64,000 nucleotides of DNA, from positions 256,001-320,000 of the forward strand of contig CAWKKR010000004.1 in NCBI GenBank assembly GCA_963850305.1. Direction: 5' to 3'. The notes below the pieces were generated by a model that saw only the letters and a list, made by a program, of their open reading frames with translations, was not told where the DNA came from and did not search any database. A program made the translations under genes and the position numbers. Origin of the DNA: an uncultured delta proteobacterium (lineage in GTDB: Bacteria > Myxococcota_A > Polyangia > Polyangiales > Polyangiaceae). This document shows, piece by piece, positions 37,742 to 49,703 of the stretch (positions are counted from its first letter, which is position 1; each line of letters opens with the position of its first letter).

Positions 37742-38937
37742 TGCTGGATCGGATGGCCGTCGGGTTGCTCCCTCGAAAGCCCCATACGGCCCTCCGGAGC
37801 GAGACTGGCGCGCTCCTGTACGAGGAATGCTTCACGCGGTCAGGCTTCGACGGTCCGTACACGATCCTCTACCACGAGCATCGCCCCCATGCCGTCGTCC
37901 CCTGGCCCACGGCCCACGCCCCCATTGCCGCCAAGAGCGTGCTGAGCATGTCACGAACCGCGGAACCGGATCGTGTCTCCACGTTCGCCCGGCACCACTA
38001 CCGCACCGCGGAACTCCCTGCGGTCGGCGCCGCCATGGACTCTCGAGTGCCCCTTCTCTTCAACGACGACGTGCTCGTCTCCGCGGTGAAACCGAAGCTC
38101 AGCGATCCTTCGTATTTCGTGAACGCGGAAGCCGACGAGCTCTTTTTCGTCAGGGCAGGATGCGGCACAATCCGCAGCCCGTTCGGAGACCTTGCGTTCG
38201 CGAGCGGCGATTACGTCTGCGTTCCGAAGGGCTGCCTCTACAGAATCATTCTCGAGAGCACCGAAGCGGACGCGCTGCTGGTCGAGTGCCTGGGCGGGGT
38301 CGGTCTCCCTTCGACGGTTCGCAACCCGGTCGGTCAGATACGGATGGACGCGCCCTACTCGCATCGGGACTTCCGGCGACCCGAATTCCGTGGACCCCTC
38401 GATGAAGAAATTCGAGACGTCGTTTTCAAGCACGGTGGCGCGTATCACGGCTTTCGTTGTGCGCATTCGCCGCTCGACGTCGTCGGTTGGGACGGCGCGG
38501 TGTACCCGTGGGCGTTCCCGATCCTCGCCTTCGAGCCGAAGGTGGGAGCCCTTCACCTTCCGCCGACCACGCACGGCACCTTCGCGGCTCGCGGAGCGTT
38601 GATATCGAGCTTCGTCCCGCGACCACTGGACTTTCATCCGGATGCGATCCCGTGCCCGTATCCACATACCTCGGTCGACGTGGACGAAGTCATCTATTAC
38701 GTGAGCGGCGAGTTTTCTTCGCGATACGGCGTCGGCGTCGGAAGTATCACGCTCCACCCCGCCGGACTGCCGCATGGTCCCCATCCCGGTCGCTATGAGG
38801 GGAGCCTGGGCGCGCGTCGCACGGAGGAAGTGGCTGTCATGCTGGACTGCGAGCGGCGGCTCGCGCCAACCGTCCAGGCGCACAACGTCGAAGATCCGAG
38901 ATACGAAGCAAGCTTCAGCTCGCCCGCAAGTCCTTGA
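37741..38937 (+). CDS. hmgA: Homogentisate 1,2-dioxygenase
   Basis: PRKPHT, NAEADELFF, SPLDVVGWDG, HLPPTTH, PYPHTSVDVDEV, HGPHPG. Confidence 0.93.
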   Translation: MLDRMAVGLLPRKPHTALRSETGALLYEECFTRSGFDGPYTILYHEHRPHAVVPWPTAHAPIAAKSVLSMSRTAEPDRVSTFARHHYRTAELPAVGAAMDSRVPLLFNDDVLVSAVKPKLSDPSYFVNAEADELFFVRAGCGTIRSPFGDLAFASGDYVCVPKGCLYRIILESTEADALLVECLGGVGLPSTVRNPVGQIRMDAPYSHRDFRRPEFRGPLDEEIRDVVFKHGGAYHGFRCAHSPLDVVGWDGAVYPWAFPILAFEPKVGALHLPPTTHGTFAARGALISSFVPRPLDFHPDAIPCPYPHTSVDVDEVIYYVSGEFSSRYGVGVGSITLHPAGLPHGPHPGRYEGSLGARRTEEVAVMLDCERRLAPTVQAHNVEDPRYEASFSSPASP

Positions 38938-41900
38938 GCAGCGCCTGCGCTTCGGCGTGGCCGGGGTTTTCGCTCACTGCCTTCGACGCCATGAGACGCG
39001 CCTTCCGCACGTCCCCCTGCGCCTGGGCGAGACGACTGAGATGGTAGTAGGCGACCGCCTTCGACTCTGCGCTCGCGCCCTCCGCGGATCCGACGGTCTT
39101 CAGCCGCATCATCGTCACTGAACGAAACGCCTTCGCGGCAGTTTCCGTGTCCCCGACCTCGAGGGCCAGGTGACCGAGCTGCATTGCAAACTCTCCGTTT
39201 CGCATGTCCAGATCGAATGCGCGCGACAGAGCTTCCAGCGCCTGGGTCAGGTTGCCCGACTCGAGATGGATATGAGAGATTTCACGGTGGACGAGCGCAA
39301 GGTCCTTCGAACGTCGACCGCGGTGCGCCGTGACGACGTTTTCGAGCGCTGCCATGGCCTCCTGAGGCTGACCCAGCGATGAATGAGCCCGAGCCAGGAG
39401 CACCGCGCCGTGGATGTTCTCCGGGCTCATGCGCCGCGCTTCGACGAGGACCGAGATTGCTTCGCTCGCATCACCTTCGCGATCGAGAAGGAGCTCCGCC
39501 GCGCGAAGGAACGCGTTCGTTCGCGTGGCGACGTCGGACTCCCTATGCCCTTCCCGGAGAAGCAAGTGGGCCAGCTCTCTCGTCGCGCCCGTCGCCTCGT
39601 ACAGTTGCCGCAATCGGACGCGCAGATCCGTGTGATCCGGCAACGCCTCGTGGGCTCGTTCTAGACCTCCCCGCGCATCCGCGAGATTGCCATTGTGCTC
39701 GCACGCGTCGGCAAGGTTCATGGCAGCGGCCTCCAGCGCGTCCCCCTCCTCGATGGCCACCAGACGCCGGTACGTCGCCGCGGCCTGCTCCCAGCGGGCT
39801 TCCGCTGCAGCCAGCGACGCCAACCTACGGAGTCCGTCGCGGTGCTTGGGCTGGGCTTTCACCAGCTCCGCCAGCTGTTCCCGTGCTGCCGTGGTTTCTC
39901 CGAGACTCTCGAGGAGGTCCACGAGCCGAAGGGCGTGGCGTCCCCGGGCCTCGCCCTCGGTGCGGGCAATCGCGGACTCCAGTGCTTTCGTGAGCTCTGC
40001 GGACTTGCTACCGCTCGCCGCGTGCGCCGCTTCGATGTCGTCCAGAGCCGCGTCCTGTCGCCCGAGCGCCTCGAGAAGGCGCGCGCGTTCGAGGTGAAGA
40101 TCCGCGTCTCCCTGGGTCCGGTCTATCGCCACGCCGAGAGCATCCACCGCATCCTCCAGGCGCCCGCCGTTCTCGTACGCCTCCACCGAGCGCACTAGCA
40201 ATGCGAAATCCACGCTGTCCGCATCGGCGGCCCGACGCAGAACCTCCGCGGCCCGGATCCAATCGCCCCGCTCGAGACACCGCGCCACGAGCTGCTCTCG
40301 AAGTGACGCATCCATCGGGTTAGCCTTGCAAGCAACCTCGAGGGCCCTCTCGACCCCCACCGCGTCCCCCGCTTCCGTCCGCAGCTCCACCAGGCGCGAC
40401 GCGAGTCCGGCCGTCTCGGCACCTTCCTCGACGGCAATGAGCCGCTCGATGGCGTCCGCCGCCTCCACTCGATCGACCGACGTGTGAGCGTCGAGCCGCA
40501 CGATCGCCCGGAGTGCGTCACGGCTGGTGGCGTTCCAGTCCAGCACGTGGGAATAGACCAGCCGGGCCTCGGAGGCGTCCCCGTGTTCTTCGAGCAGCCC
40601 CCCGAGGCGCATCGACAAATCTTCCACCCTCTCCGAAGCCGCATTCGACTTCGCGAGATCTAGCTGCGCGCGCAAGAGGTCGAGCAATTCACCTGTACGT
40701 CCTCGCTCCGCGAGCAAGGACGAGAGCAGGGTCACCGCGTCCTTCATGCTTGGCTCCTCGGAGAGAATGTCGGACAGAAGCGAGATTGCCGAGTCGACGC
40801 GGTCCTTCTCGGCGAGCATGAGGGTTGCCTTTTCGAACCGAAGACGACAACGATCTGCGACGGATGCCACGTGCGGAGCGGTGGATTCGATGAGCCGAAT
40901 GAGGAGCTCCCGCTCGCCGGTTCCACGGTAGAGTTCGAGGAGCGGCTCCCACGCCTCCCTGTCGGCTGCGTCGTGCTCGAGCAAGGAACGATAAAGGCGG
41001 GCCGCACGGTTCGGATCGCCGAGTTCGGACGCCGCAAGGCGAGCAACCTCCAGAATCAATTCCCGACGCCCGCTCGCGCCCGAGTGGTCGGCGGCGCTCT
41101 CGAGAAGCACCACGGCCTCGGACCGCAATCCGGCGTCGAGCAGGATTCGAGCAAGGGTTTCCTCGAGCCACGCAGCGTCGCTGTCGGCGTAGTCGCCGCG
41201 CGCAAGCGCTCCCCGCAGAATCATGGACTCGAATTCGCGCTCGGAGAACCGGCGTGCCAGCGCCACTGCCTCGCGCACGGACTCAATGGGGATCCGGAGC
41301 ACTTCGGCTTGTCGGGCCATCACTTCGACAAACGCGCGTTCGCGTCCGGGTTCACGTGCGATGCGCTCGAGCAGCTTGAGCATGCCCGGGTGACCGGGCT
41401 CCGCGACGAGTGCGTCGCGCAGGAGCTGCCACGCGCGGTCCGGATCCGCACCGGCGTCCAGCGCCTTCGATAGGAGAACGACTCCCCCCTCGCGCAATTC
41501 CGGCTTCGCGAGCTGGATGCGTGAGAGCCGCAGAACGGGCTCGGCGGCGATCTCGCCACCTGCTTCGAAAGCGGCGTCGACGCGACGCTCGAGGGCTCTT
41601 GCTTCCGCATCCGAATCGCCCAGCCATTCATACACGCTCGTCATTGCCGCCCAGGCCATCGCATCCGTGACCTGATGAGCTTCGAGATCGCGATGAATCC
41701 GTCCCGCTTCGCCTTGAACACGGACGTCGATGTCCGGCATCACGTCAGGGTGCTCGGCGCGAAGGACGACCAGATCCGAGAGAGCCCGGGCAGCCACCGC
41801 GGGATCCGATGCCGCATCGAGCCGAGTCTCGATGGCACGCGCGAGTAGCGTGTACCTGCCTGACTTCCGAAGCGCCCGCTCCAGGGAGGTCGCGTCCGTG

Positions 41901-44900
41901 AGACTGTCCAGGGCGACCTCGAACGCCGATTCGACGAGCTCCGTCGCACGCTCGGGGTCGCCTTGTCGCGCCGCGATCTCGCTCAGATCGAGGTAGATTT
42001 CGGCGCGCCCTGGCGCTTCCGCCGCGTCTTCGTCCGGCTTGCGGAGCACGAGGAGCAGGCCACGATACGTTCTCTCCGCCCGCGCGAGCTGTCCTTCGGC
42101 GAGCGCCAGCTTTCCGAGCTCGTAGAGAATTCCAGGGTGAGCCGGGTTGATCTTCGCACCGATGTCGAGCTCCAGGAGCGCCTCGACTCGCTTGCCGGCG
42201 CCGAGATAGGCGCGCGCGAGATAGAGATGTACGAGCGCTCAATCCTTCGGGCGCCGATGACCGTATCGATCGACCTGGGCTCGGAGGACGGAAGCCGCGG
42301 CGTCGTACCGACCCGAAGCGCGGAAGGCCTCGCTGAGCGCGAGCCGCAAGCTCGGATCGTCGGGGTCAATCTCGATGGCGCGTTCCAGCAGCGGTACCGC
42401 GGACGCGGGATCGTTTCGCTCGCTGGTGTGGAGAGAGGCGGCTTCCCGGAGCAACCCGAGGCGCGTCTTGTCGTCCGAGGCCCGTTCCGCTTCGGCAACG
42501 AGGAGCAGAGAGAGCGGATCCCATGCACCGTGGCGGCGGTAGAGCTCGGCCAGGCGCGTTCGCACGGCGCCCGCGTCGATGGCCACCTTGGCCGCATATT
42601 CGAGCCGCGCCAGCGCCCGCTCCCAATCGCCGAGAGCAAGATACGTGTCGGCAAGTCGCAGGATTCGTTCACCCAGCTCCTCACGTCCCGACTGCGCGCA
42701 CAGCCATTCGAGCGTGAGCGCCGCTGAACGATGATTCTTCCGACCCTCGTAGATGCGGGCAAGAGACTCGAGGGACGTCTCCCCGCCGAGCGCAGCCCCC
42801 TGCCGATGCACTGCGATGGCGCGCTCGACATCACCAAGCTCCGTTTCCCAGATCCGCGCGGCACGCGCCCAAAGCGCGGCGGAGCCCGCGCGGTCTCCCG
42901 CATCCGCACGGCAACGCGCCTGCTCTTCCCACAGCGTTGCGAGTGCGGCGTGACGACCCGCCTCGTCGAGCAAGCGGGCGAAGCGCGTCACCGACGCAAG
43001 CGCGACCTCGTCCGTCGGATCCTCGGAAAACAGGCCCTCCAGGATCTGGATCGCGCGATCCGGATCTTCGAGTCGATCGGAGCATGTCCAGGCGGCGTCG
43101 CGGCGCAGCTTTCTCCTGAGAGATCGCTCGAAGGGGAGTGAGGCTCCGCGAAGCTGGGTCTCGACCACGCGCTCGAGCTGCCCCGCCTCCAGATACCGTC
43201 TGACGAGCGTCTCCACCGCCCAGGAAGCCGCGTCCGCGATCGCGGCGTTCGTCGCCGGCCCGTCACGTCCCCACTCGCGGACGGTGAGGTCGAGAAGAGT
43301 CGAAGCAACGAGCAACACGGACTCGCGATCGGCGATCCGGTCGGCGATCGTCGTCGTGCGAGCAAAGTCGCCGGCCTCGACGTAGGCCTCCAGCGCCTTC
43401 ACGGGAGCACCGGTTCGATCGCGATGCAGATCGCCGAGCATCCGATAGAGTCGGATCCGCTCCGTGGGGCGTTCAGAGGACGACGCCGCGTGTTGCACCA
43501 GCATGGCCAGCTCTTCCCAGCGACCATCGCCCTCGAGGAGAGCCGACAACGTCTCGAACGTCTCCTCGTCGTGACCGAAGTCATTGCCGATGGCGCGCCA
43601 GGCATCGATGGCGAGAGAGGCGTCGCCGATCTTGTCCGCAAAGATCCTCGCAATACGAACGCGATCCGCACGACCCGCGGCTCCACCCACGATTTCGGCG
43701 CGACGTGCGAGAACGTCCACCAGTTCCCGGAAGCGGTTTGCGCCCTCGAGCGCAGTCTCGAGCCCGCGGAGAGCGTCGAGGTCACGAGGATTCTCGCCCA
43801 GCACCGTGCGCCACGCCACCGCGGCCCGATCGGCGTCATCGAGTTCGTCCAGTGCGATGCTCGCGAGCTTCGCGAGGAGGCCGCGGCGTCGCTCCGGCTC
43901 CTTCTCGACGGCAGCCGCGAGTTCGAGCACGTCGCACCGTTCCACCGAGCGGCCCGCAGCAGCCAGCAGCGGATCGAGCGTCGCGGCGACTTCCAGGGTC
44001 AATCTGGCGTCGCCGTCGCACGCGCTCAGCACGCGGCGATACGTAGCGATGGCCAGATCGCGTTGGCCCGTTTCGGTCTGGACGCTCGCGGCTTCGCGAA
44101 GCAGCTGGATACGGAGGTCCAGATCCGTCGTGGCACCCGCCACGTTCACGAGAAGTTCGGCCCGGTTGGCTTCGGTGCCCTCGAGACGCGAGAGCTCGGC
44201 AAAGCGCCCCCGGTATTCGGCGGACCGAGGGTCGAGCGCGACGAGGGTCGCAAGGTGCTGAAGTGAGCGACCTCGGGCAGCCGGATCGCGCTCGTACAAG
44301 GCGAGCAGTTCTTCGAGCCGCGTGCGGCGCTCCCGGGCGTTCTCCGCCAGGTCCAACGCCGCCTCGAGAGCCCGCGCGAGTCCCTCGAGATCGCCGATGG
44401 TGCGATAGTGGCGTTCGAGGAGCCGAGCCGCCTGGTGACGCACGTCCTTCGGGACGCCTTTCTTGCGGGCCCTCTTGGCCCCCGGCGGTACGGACCGCCG
44501 CGGAGGCGGCAGGGACTTTCCACTCGGGGGAATCGATTGAGCGAGCGGCATTCGAACGAGCCGCTCCAACAGAGAATAGGCAACGACGTCGTTCGGCTCG
44601 GCCCTCAAGACCTTCTCGAGCAATCCGAACGCAGCGGTCACTTCGCCGAGATCGAGCTGAAGACGCGCCAGGCGTGACTGCAGGCGCACGAGATCCACAC
44701 CGCTGACGGTCTCCACGCGGCGTTCGAGCAGGTTGAGAAGCTCGCGCGCCCGGCCGGAGCGGTCATAGAGACGTTCGAGCATGGACTCGACTCGTGCCTC
44801 GGGTCGGAGCGCCTGCAGTCGCTCGAGATAACGGATCGCCCTCTCCGAATCGTTCGCGAGATCTTTTGCAGCGAGTGCCGCCTCGTCGAGGAGATCCTCC

Positions 44901-47900
44901 TGTTCGCGCGCGTCGATGGCTCCTTCGATGGCGCGATCGTAGAGCGCGAATAGCTCAGTCCATCTCGCGTCGGCATTGTAGGACAGCTTGATACGATCGA
45001 GCGCCCAGCGCGCCCGGGGACTGATCCGGAGTACCCGCTCGAGAAGTCCGAGTGCGGCCTCGGGTTCGTCGAACCACTCCTCGTGGAATTCGACGTAGCG
45101 CCGCCCGACCGCTTCACCGAGCGCCGCCACCTCCGTGGTCGCGAGCACGCGGGCATACGCGTCCGTCACGATTTTCGGATCGCCCTCGCGCCGCGCGAGC
45201 CGCTCCGCGGCATCCCAGAGCGACGACTCGCCAGGCATTTCTTCGGCCGCCTGCACGGCAACTCGAAGAGAGCGCGCCGGCTCGGCCGACAGGAGCTCGA
45301 TGCGACGGGCGAACCACTCCGATCGCGCCGACGACAGAATCGGACGCCCCGCGCGTCTCCTCGAGCAGCGACGCAAGCAACGCCTCGCCTTCGGGGCCAT
45401 CGGTGCGGGATACGACGTTCGCGAACAATGCCGCCGCATCGACGCGACTCTCGGGATGGTGCAAGAGCTCCCGCGCCGTGCGGAGAGCGTCGGCGTTGGC
45501 CGGAGCGTGCTCCAGCACGCCCCTCACGAGAACCAGCGCGTCCGCGGCTCGTCCGAGATGTTCGACGAGGACGGAGGCGATCCGTAGCTCGATGTCCTCT
45601 CGATCATCGGGAGGCAAGCGCTCTCGAAGTCCCTCGAATATGCGCAGCAAGCCCGCGGCGTCTCCGCGGGACAGGAGGACGCGCGAGACGGCGTCCCGCG
45701 CGACGACGTGAGCAGGATCGAGGGCGAGCAGCTCTTCGTAGACCCGGACGGCTGCCGCCGGGTCGCCCATCGAATGCTCCTCCGCATCTGCCCACTCCGC
45801 GAGCACCGAAACCGGAATCGAGCTTCTCCCCGCCCGATAGGAATAGAGCCATCGCTGATCGTCGAACGTCGCGGGGTCCTCTCGATGCGCGCCGAGAAAC
45901 CTGCGAAATGTCTCGACGTCGGAGCTGTCGCCGAAGCTCTCCACGATGCCTCTCCAGATGGATGACGCGACGCCGCGCCGCGCCGCCATGGTTCCGAGCG
46001 CACGCGCCTTCACTGCCATGAGCTCGCGCGAGCGACGAGCCGCGTCCGGACCTTGGGCGAACATGGCTTCATCGGCCATGATGACCAGTTCGTCGATGGC
46101 GCCGGCCGCTATCGCTCGCTCTTCGATGGAAAGGAGGGCGTCGATGGGTTCATGGGATGCATCCAGGCGCAAAAGCGTGGCGAAGTCGACCGGGACCTTC
46201 GACCAAGCTCCGCGCTCCACGTATGCGTCCAGAAGGTAGCGAGCGGCCTCGCGATCCGTGGCATCGGTCTCGAGCAGCCGTTCGTAGAGTCGCATCGGTC
46301 CGTCGCCCGCACCGCCGAGCTCTCGCGACTGACGCGCGCCACGTCGAAATGCGTCGGCGGCGGCGACCGAGTCGCCGAGTTCGAGACGGACCGCGCCCAG
46401 CTTCTCCAGACCCCGCATCTGATCTGCGGGATCCACCGCGCGCGCGATGCGGCGCTCGAGAACGGCGGCGGCGGTCGGCAGATCGCCCAGCTCGGTTGCG
46501 ACGGCCTCGACTTCGGCGAAGCTCGACGGTGGAAGTTCGTCGGCCGCCAGGAGATCCCGGTACAGCGTGAGCGCCAGCGCACGTTCACCGCCGCGCAGCC
46601 GCTCCTCTGCCAATCGGACCCGAATCCCGACGTGTCTCTCCCCGGTGGCCCAGCCGAGCGCCGCTTCGAACTCGAGGACGAGCGCGGCTCGATCATCGAG
46701 GGAGGTGTAGGCTTCGACGAGCGCTTCGTGAACCGTGGCGTCGCCAGGGCCTTCCAGGGCGAGCAGCCGCAGCGTTTCGACCGAGCTGCGAAGGTCGCCC
46801 AGATCCCGACGCTGGATCTTGGCGATGGCGTGCAACAGATCACGCCGCCGGCCGGGGTCGCGCTCGCGCTCGACGGCACCTCGATAAAGCGCCAGTCGCT
46901 CTCCGGGACTGCCCTGTTCGACGAGGAGCTCGTCCACGCGACGGAGAACCTCCGACGACGAAGGTTCGAACGAGAGCACGCGGCGATAGGTCTCGATCGC
47001 GCGTCCAAGCTCGCCAGCGGTGACCTGCGCTTCGGCTGATTCGCGTCCCAGCTCACCAGCGAGGACGTTGTCGATCGGCACCCCGTCCATCGCCGACCAG
47101 AGCAGCGCCGCCCGGCGAGACGGATCCCCCGCGCGCGCCGATGATTGGCGAAAGCGAGCGAGCCAGCCAGGAACGTCGTTCCAGGATCGCTTCACTGCTT
47201 CGCTCAACCCGTGACCGGCAAGGTCGAGCGCACGTCGAGGATCCACCAGCTTCGCGTCGGCGAGACGGTGCGCCTCCTCGAGGGCGGAAAGTCGCCGCGT
47301 CGCATCCTCCGCGAGCTCGGCTCTGCTTTCGAGAATGCGGACGAGGCCCGCGTGATTCCCTTCGTCGCGATATGCCGGTTCGAGCAGTCGCGCTGCTTCG
47401 AGCCGATGAGCTCCATCGCCCAGGAGCTTCTCGAGCAGGCGCCGAGCGTTGGGCTCTTTCGGGTCGGACGCAAGCGATGCCTCGAGCGCGGTCAGCGCGC
47501 CTTCCGCGTCTCCGAGCTCGGCCAGCCGAACCTGCGCGAGTCTGGCGAGCGTCGCGGCGCGCCCCTCGGCGAGGCCATGTTTCGAAAGCTCGGACAGCGT
47601 CCCCGCGAGACCATCGAAGTCACGGTGCTGCTCGAGCAAGGCCGCGAGCCGGACGAGCGCCTCGGCGGAGGGCCCGTGTGCGGACAGGACGTCGCGGTAC
47701 GCCTGGATCGCCGCCGCCCGGTCCGGCGCGCGCGACGCACGGAGCTCGGCCGCGCGGAGCGCGAAGGCCTTCGTCTGTTCCGGATCTTTCGCGCGCGCCG
47801 CGCGACGTGAGAGGACGTCGATCGTGCCTGCGTCATCGCCGGTCGACGCGTAGAGCGCCTCGAGACGATCGAGTGCCTCGCTTCCCCGCGCCGACCCGAG

Positions 47901-49400
47901 GAGGGCTCGCCAAGCTACGATCGCGAGAGCAGGATCGTCCAGGGTGCCATCGCAGAGCTCCGCCAGACGTTTGGCCGCCGCAACGCGGGCATCCAGGTCC
48001 GGATCCGCTCGAATCAGGATCTCGAGCAGTCGGGCGAGTCCCTTCGCGTCCGAGCCGTCTTGATGAAGCTCGACGACTCGCTTCACTATGGCCAGTCGCG
48101 CAGCATCACTCGGGACGTCTTCGACGAACGGTTCGAGCGCGGCTCGAGCGCGGCGCGCATCCCCCTGCTTGGCATAGAGGCCTGCGATCTCCAGGCTGAC
48201 GCTGACCCGAACATCGGCATTCTTGGCCGCTCCGACCGCGCGCGAGAGCAGCTTTGCGGCCTCGGCTTCCCGATGAAACGTCGTGCTGACTTGCAGGTAA
48301 CGAGCGCGCAGCTCGTCGTCACCCGGATCTCGCGCCACGAGCGGTTCCAGGAGCTCGAGGGCGCCCGATGGATCCGACAGCACATCTTGCCGCAAGATGG
48401 CGAGGCGCCGGTGCACGTGCGCAAGGCGAGGCGCCTTCGCGACCTTGAGCTCCAGCGCAAGTGTACTGGCCTCGTCTTCGAGACGACCGAGTCTGCGGTA
48501 AGCGTCCGACAGCATCGGCGCGATGCGAGCGGCGACAGGCCGGTGATCGATGAGCGCCTCCGCCGCCTGGAGCGCCGCGGACCCGATCGGATCGCGCGAA
48601 AGGAGAGCCTCGACGTGCGGGGCGGCGCGCGCAGGGTCCCGCAGCTCGCCGCGATAAAGCCCCACCAGCCTGAGACGGACTTCGTCCGCAGCGGCCTCGC
48701 CCGATGCTCGCGTGACCGCCCGCTCGAGCAGTTCGGCCAGCTCGCGCAGACGCCGCGCGGTCAGGTAGTGCCGCTCGAGCGTCTCCTCCGCGCTCCGATC
48801 TTCCGGATCGAGCTCGACCACCTGCCGGTACAGGGACGCGACCTCGTCGCCCGTGCCGCCGAACGTCTCGAGGAGCTCGATGGCGGCGCGAAGGAGCCTG
48901 AGCCTGTCCTTCCTGTCCTTCGTCCGGCCGGCGCTATCCGTATAGAGCTTCGCCAGCTTCGTCCCTTGCTGCGCGCTCGCGAGCAGGGTCTCCAGCTGAT
49001 CGAAGATCTCGGCATCGTCGGGGGACAGCGCGAGCGCGCGCTCGCCGTACCCGATCGCCGCCTCCACGTCGCCGAACACGTCGCCGAAGAATCGAGCCGC
49101 CGCGAGGAAGAAATCGGCTTGCTTCGGCTTTGCCAGCAGCTTGATGCGATTGTCCCGAGCGACGCGTTCGTAAGCGAAGCTCAGATTTGCGACGCGTTCC
49201 TGCGCAACGACCGCGTCGTGAAATCGCGCGAAGAGCTCGGGCGTCGCTTCGCCAGACGCCAGGCCCGTGACGAGCGCGTCGAGCACCTTGCCCTCGTCCT
49301 CGATCGGACGACCGAGCAGAGCCGCAAGGGGCTCCGACCTGAGCGATGGTCGCAGACTCGGGCGAAGGCTCGGACGGTCGCCATTCGGAGTGTCAGCCAT
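38915..49400 (-). CDS. Giant (~3,500 aa) TPR protein, AgmK/GltI-like; frameshift near 45338 and in-frame TGA at 42239-42241
   Basis: ORFs 45114-49490, 42239-45439 and 38915-42049 join into one continuous TPR array (A..Y..VL..DP....A...LE.L motifs); start MADTPNG at 49400. Confidence 0.82.
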
Positions 49401-49634
49401 GTCCCTTTGGCTCTTCGCGTCGTCGCGCCGGACGAAGCGAGAACAAGCGACCGTACCGCGCCCGGCGCGGCGCCCAAAGCAGAAGGGCACGCCGCGCTGC
49501 GCCAGGCGAGAGACGGAAGCTACTAGTGCGTCGATCCCATCGAAGCGATGGGAATTTCGAGTCCCCCGACTGGGCGAGGGCCTCGAAATTCCTGCGCCAT
49601 GCGCCTGTCTGAATCGACCACTGACTGTCCTGAC

Positions 49635-49662
49635 GTGCCTCGATTCGAGTGAATCGAGGCAC
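49635..49662. terminator. Perfect 12-bp hairpin GTGCCTCGATTC-GAGT-GAATCGAGGCAC
   Basis: About 40 nt downstream of the 49704 stop on the minus strand; no U-tract. Confidence 0.45.
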
Positions 49663-49703
49663 TAGCCGGATGATCAGCGCAAGCGAGCGGGAGCGGCGGA
49701 CAC

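Noticed and set aside
42239..42241. Selenocysteine or programmed read-through at the in-frame TGA
   Set aside because: The position is in a TPR linker with no redox context, and a single C>T change from an Arg codon explains it more simply
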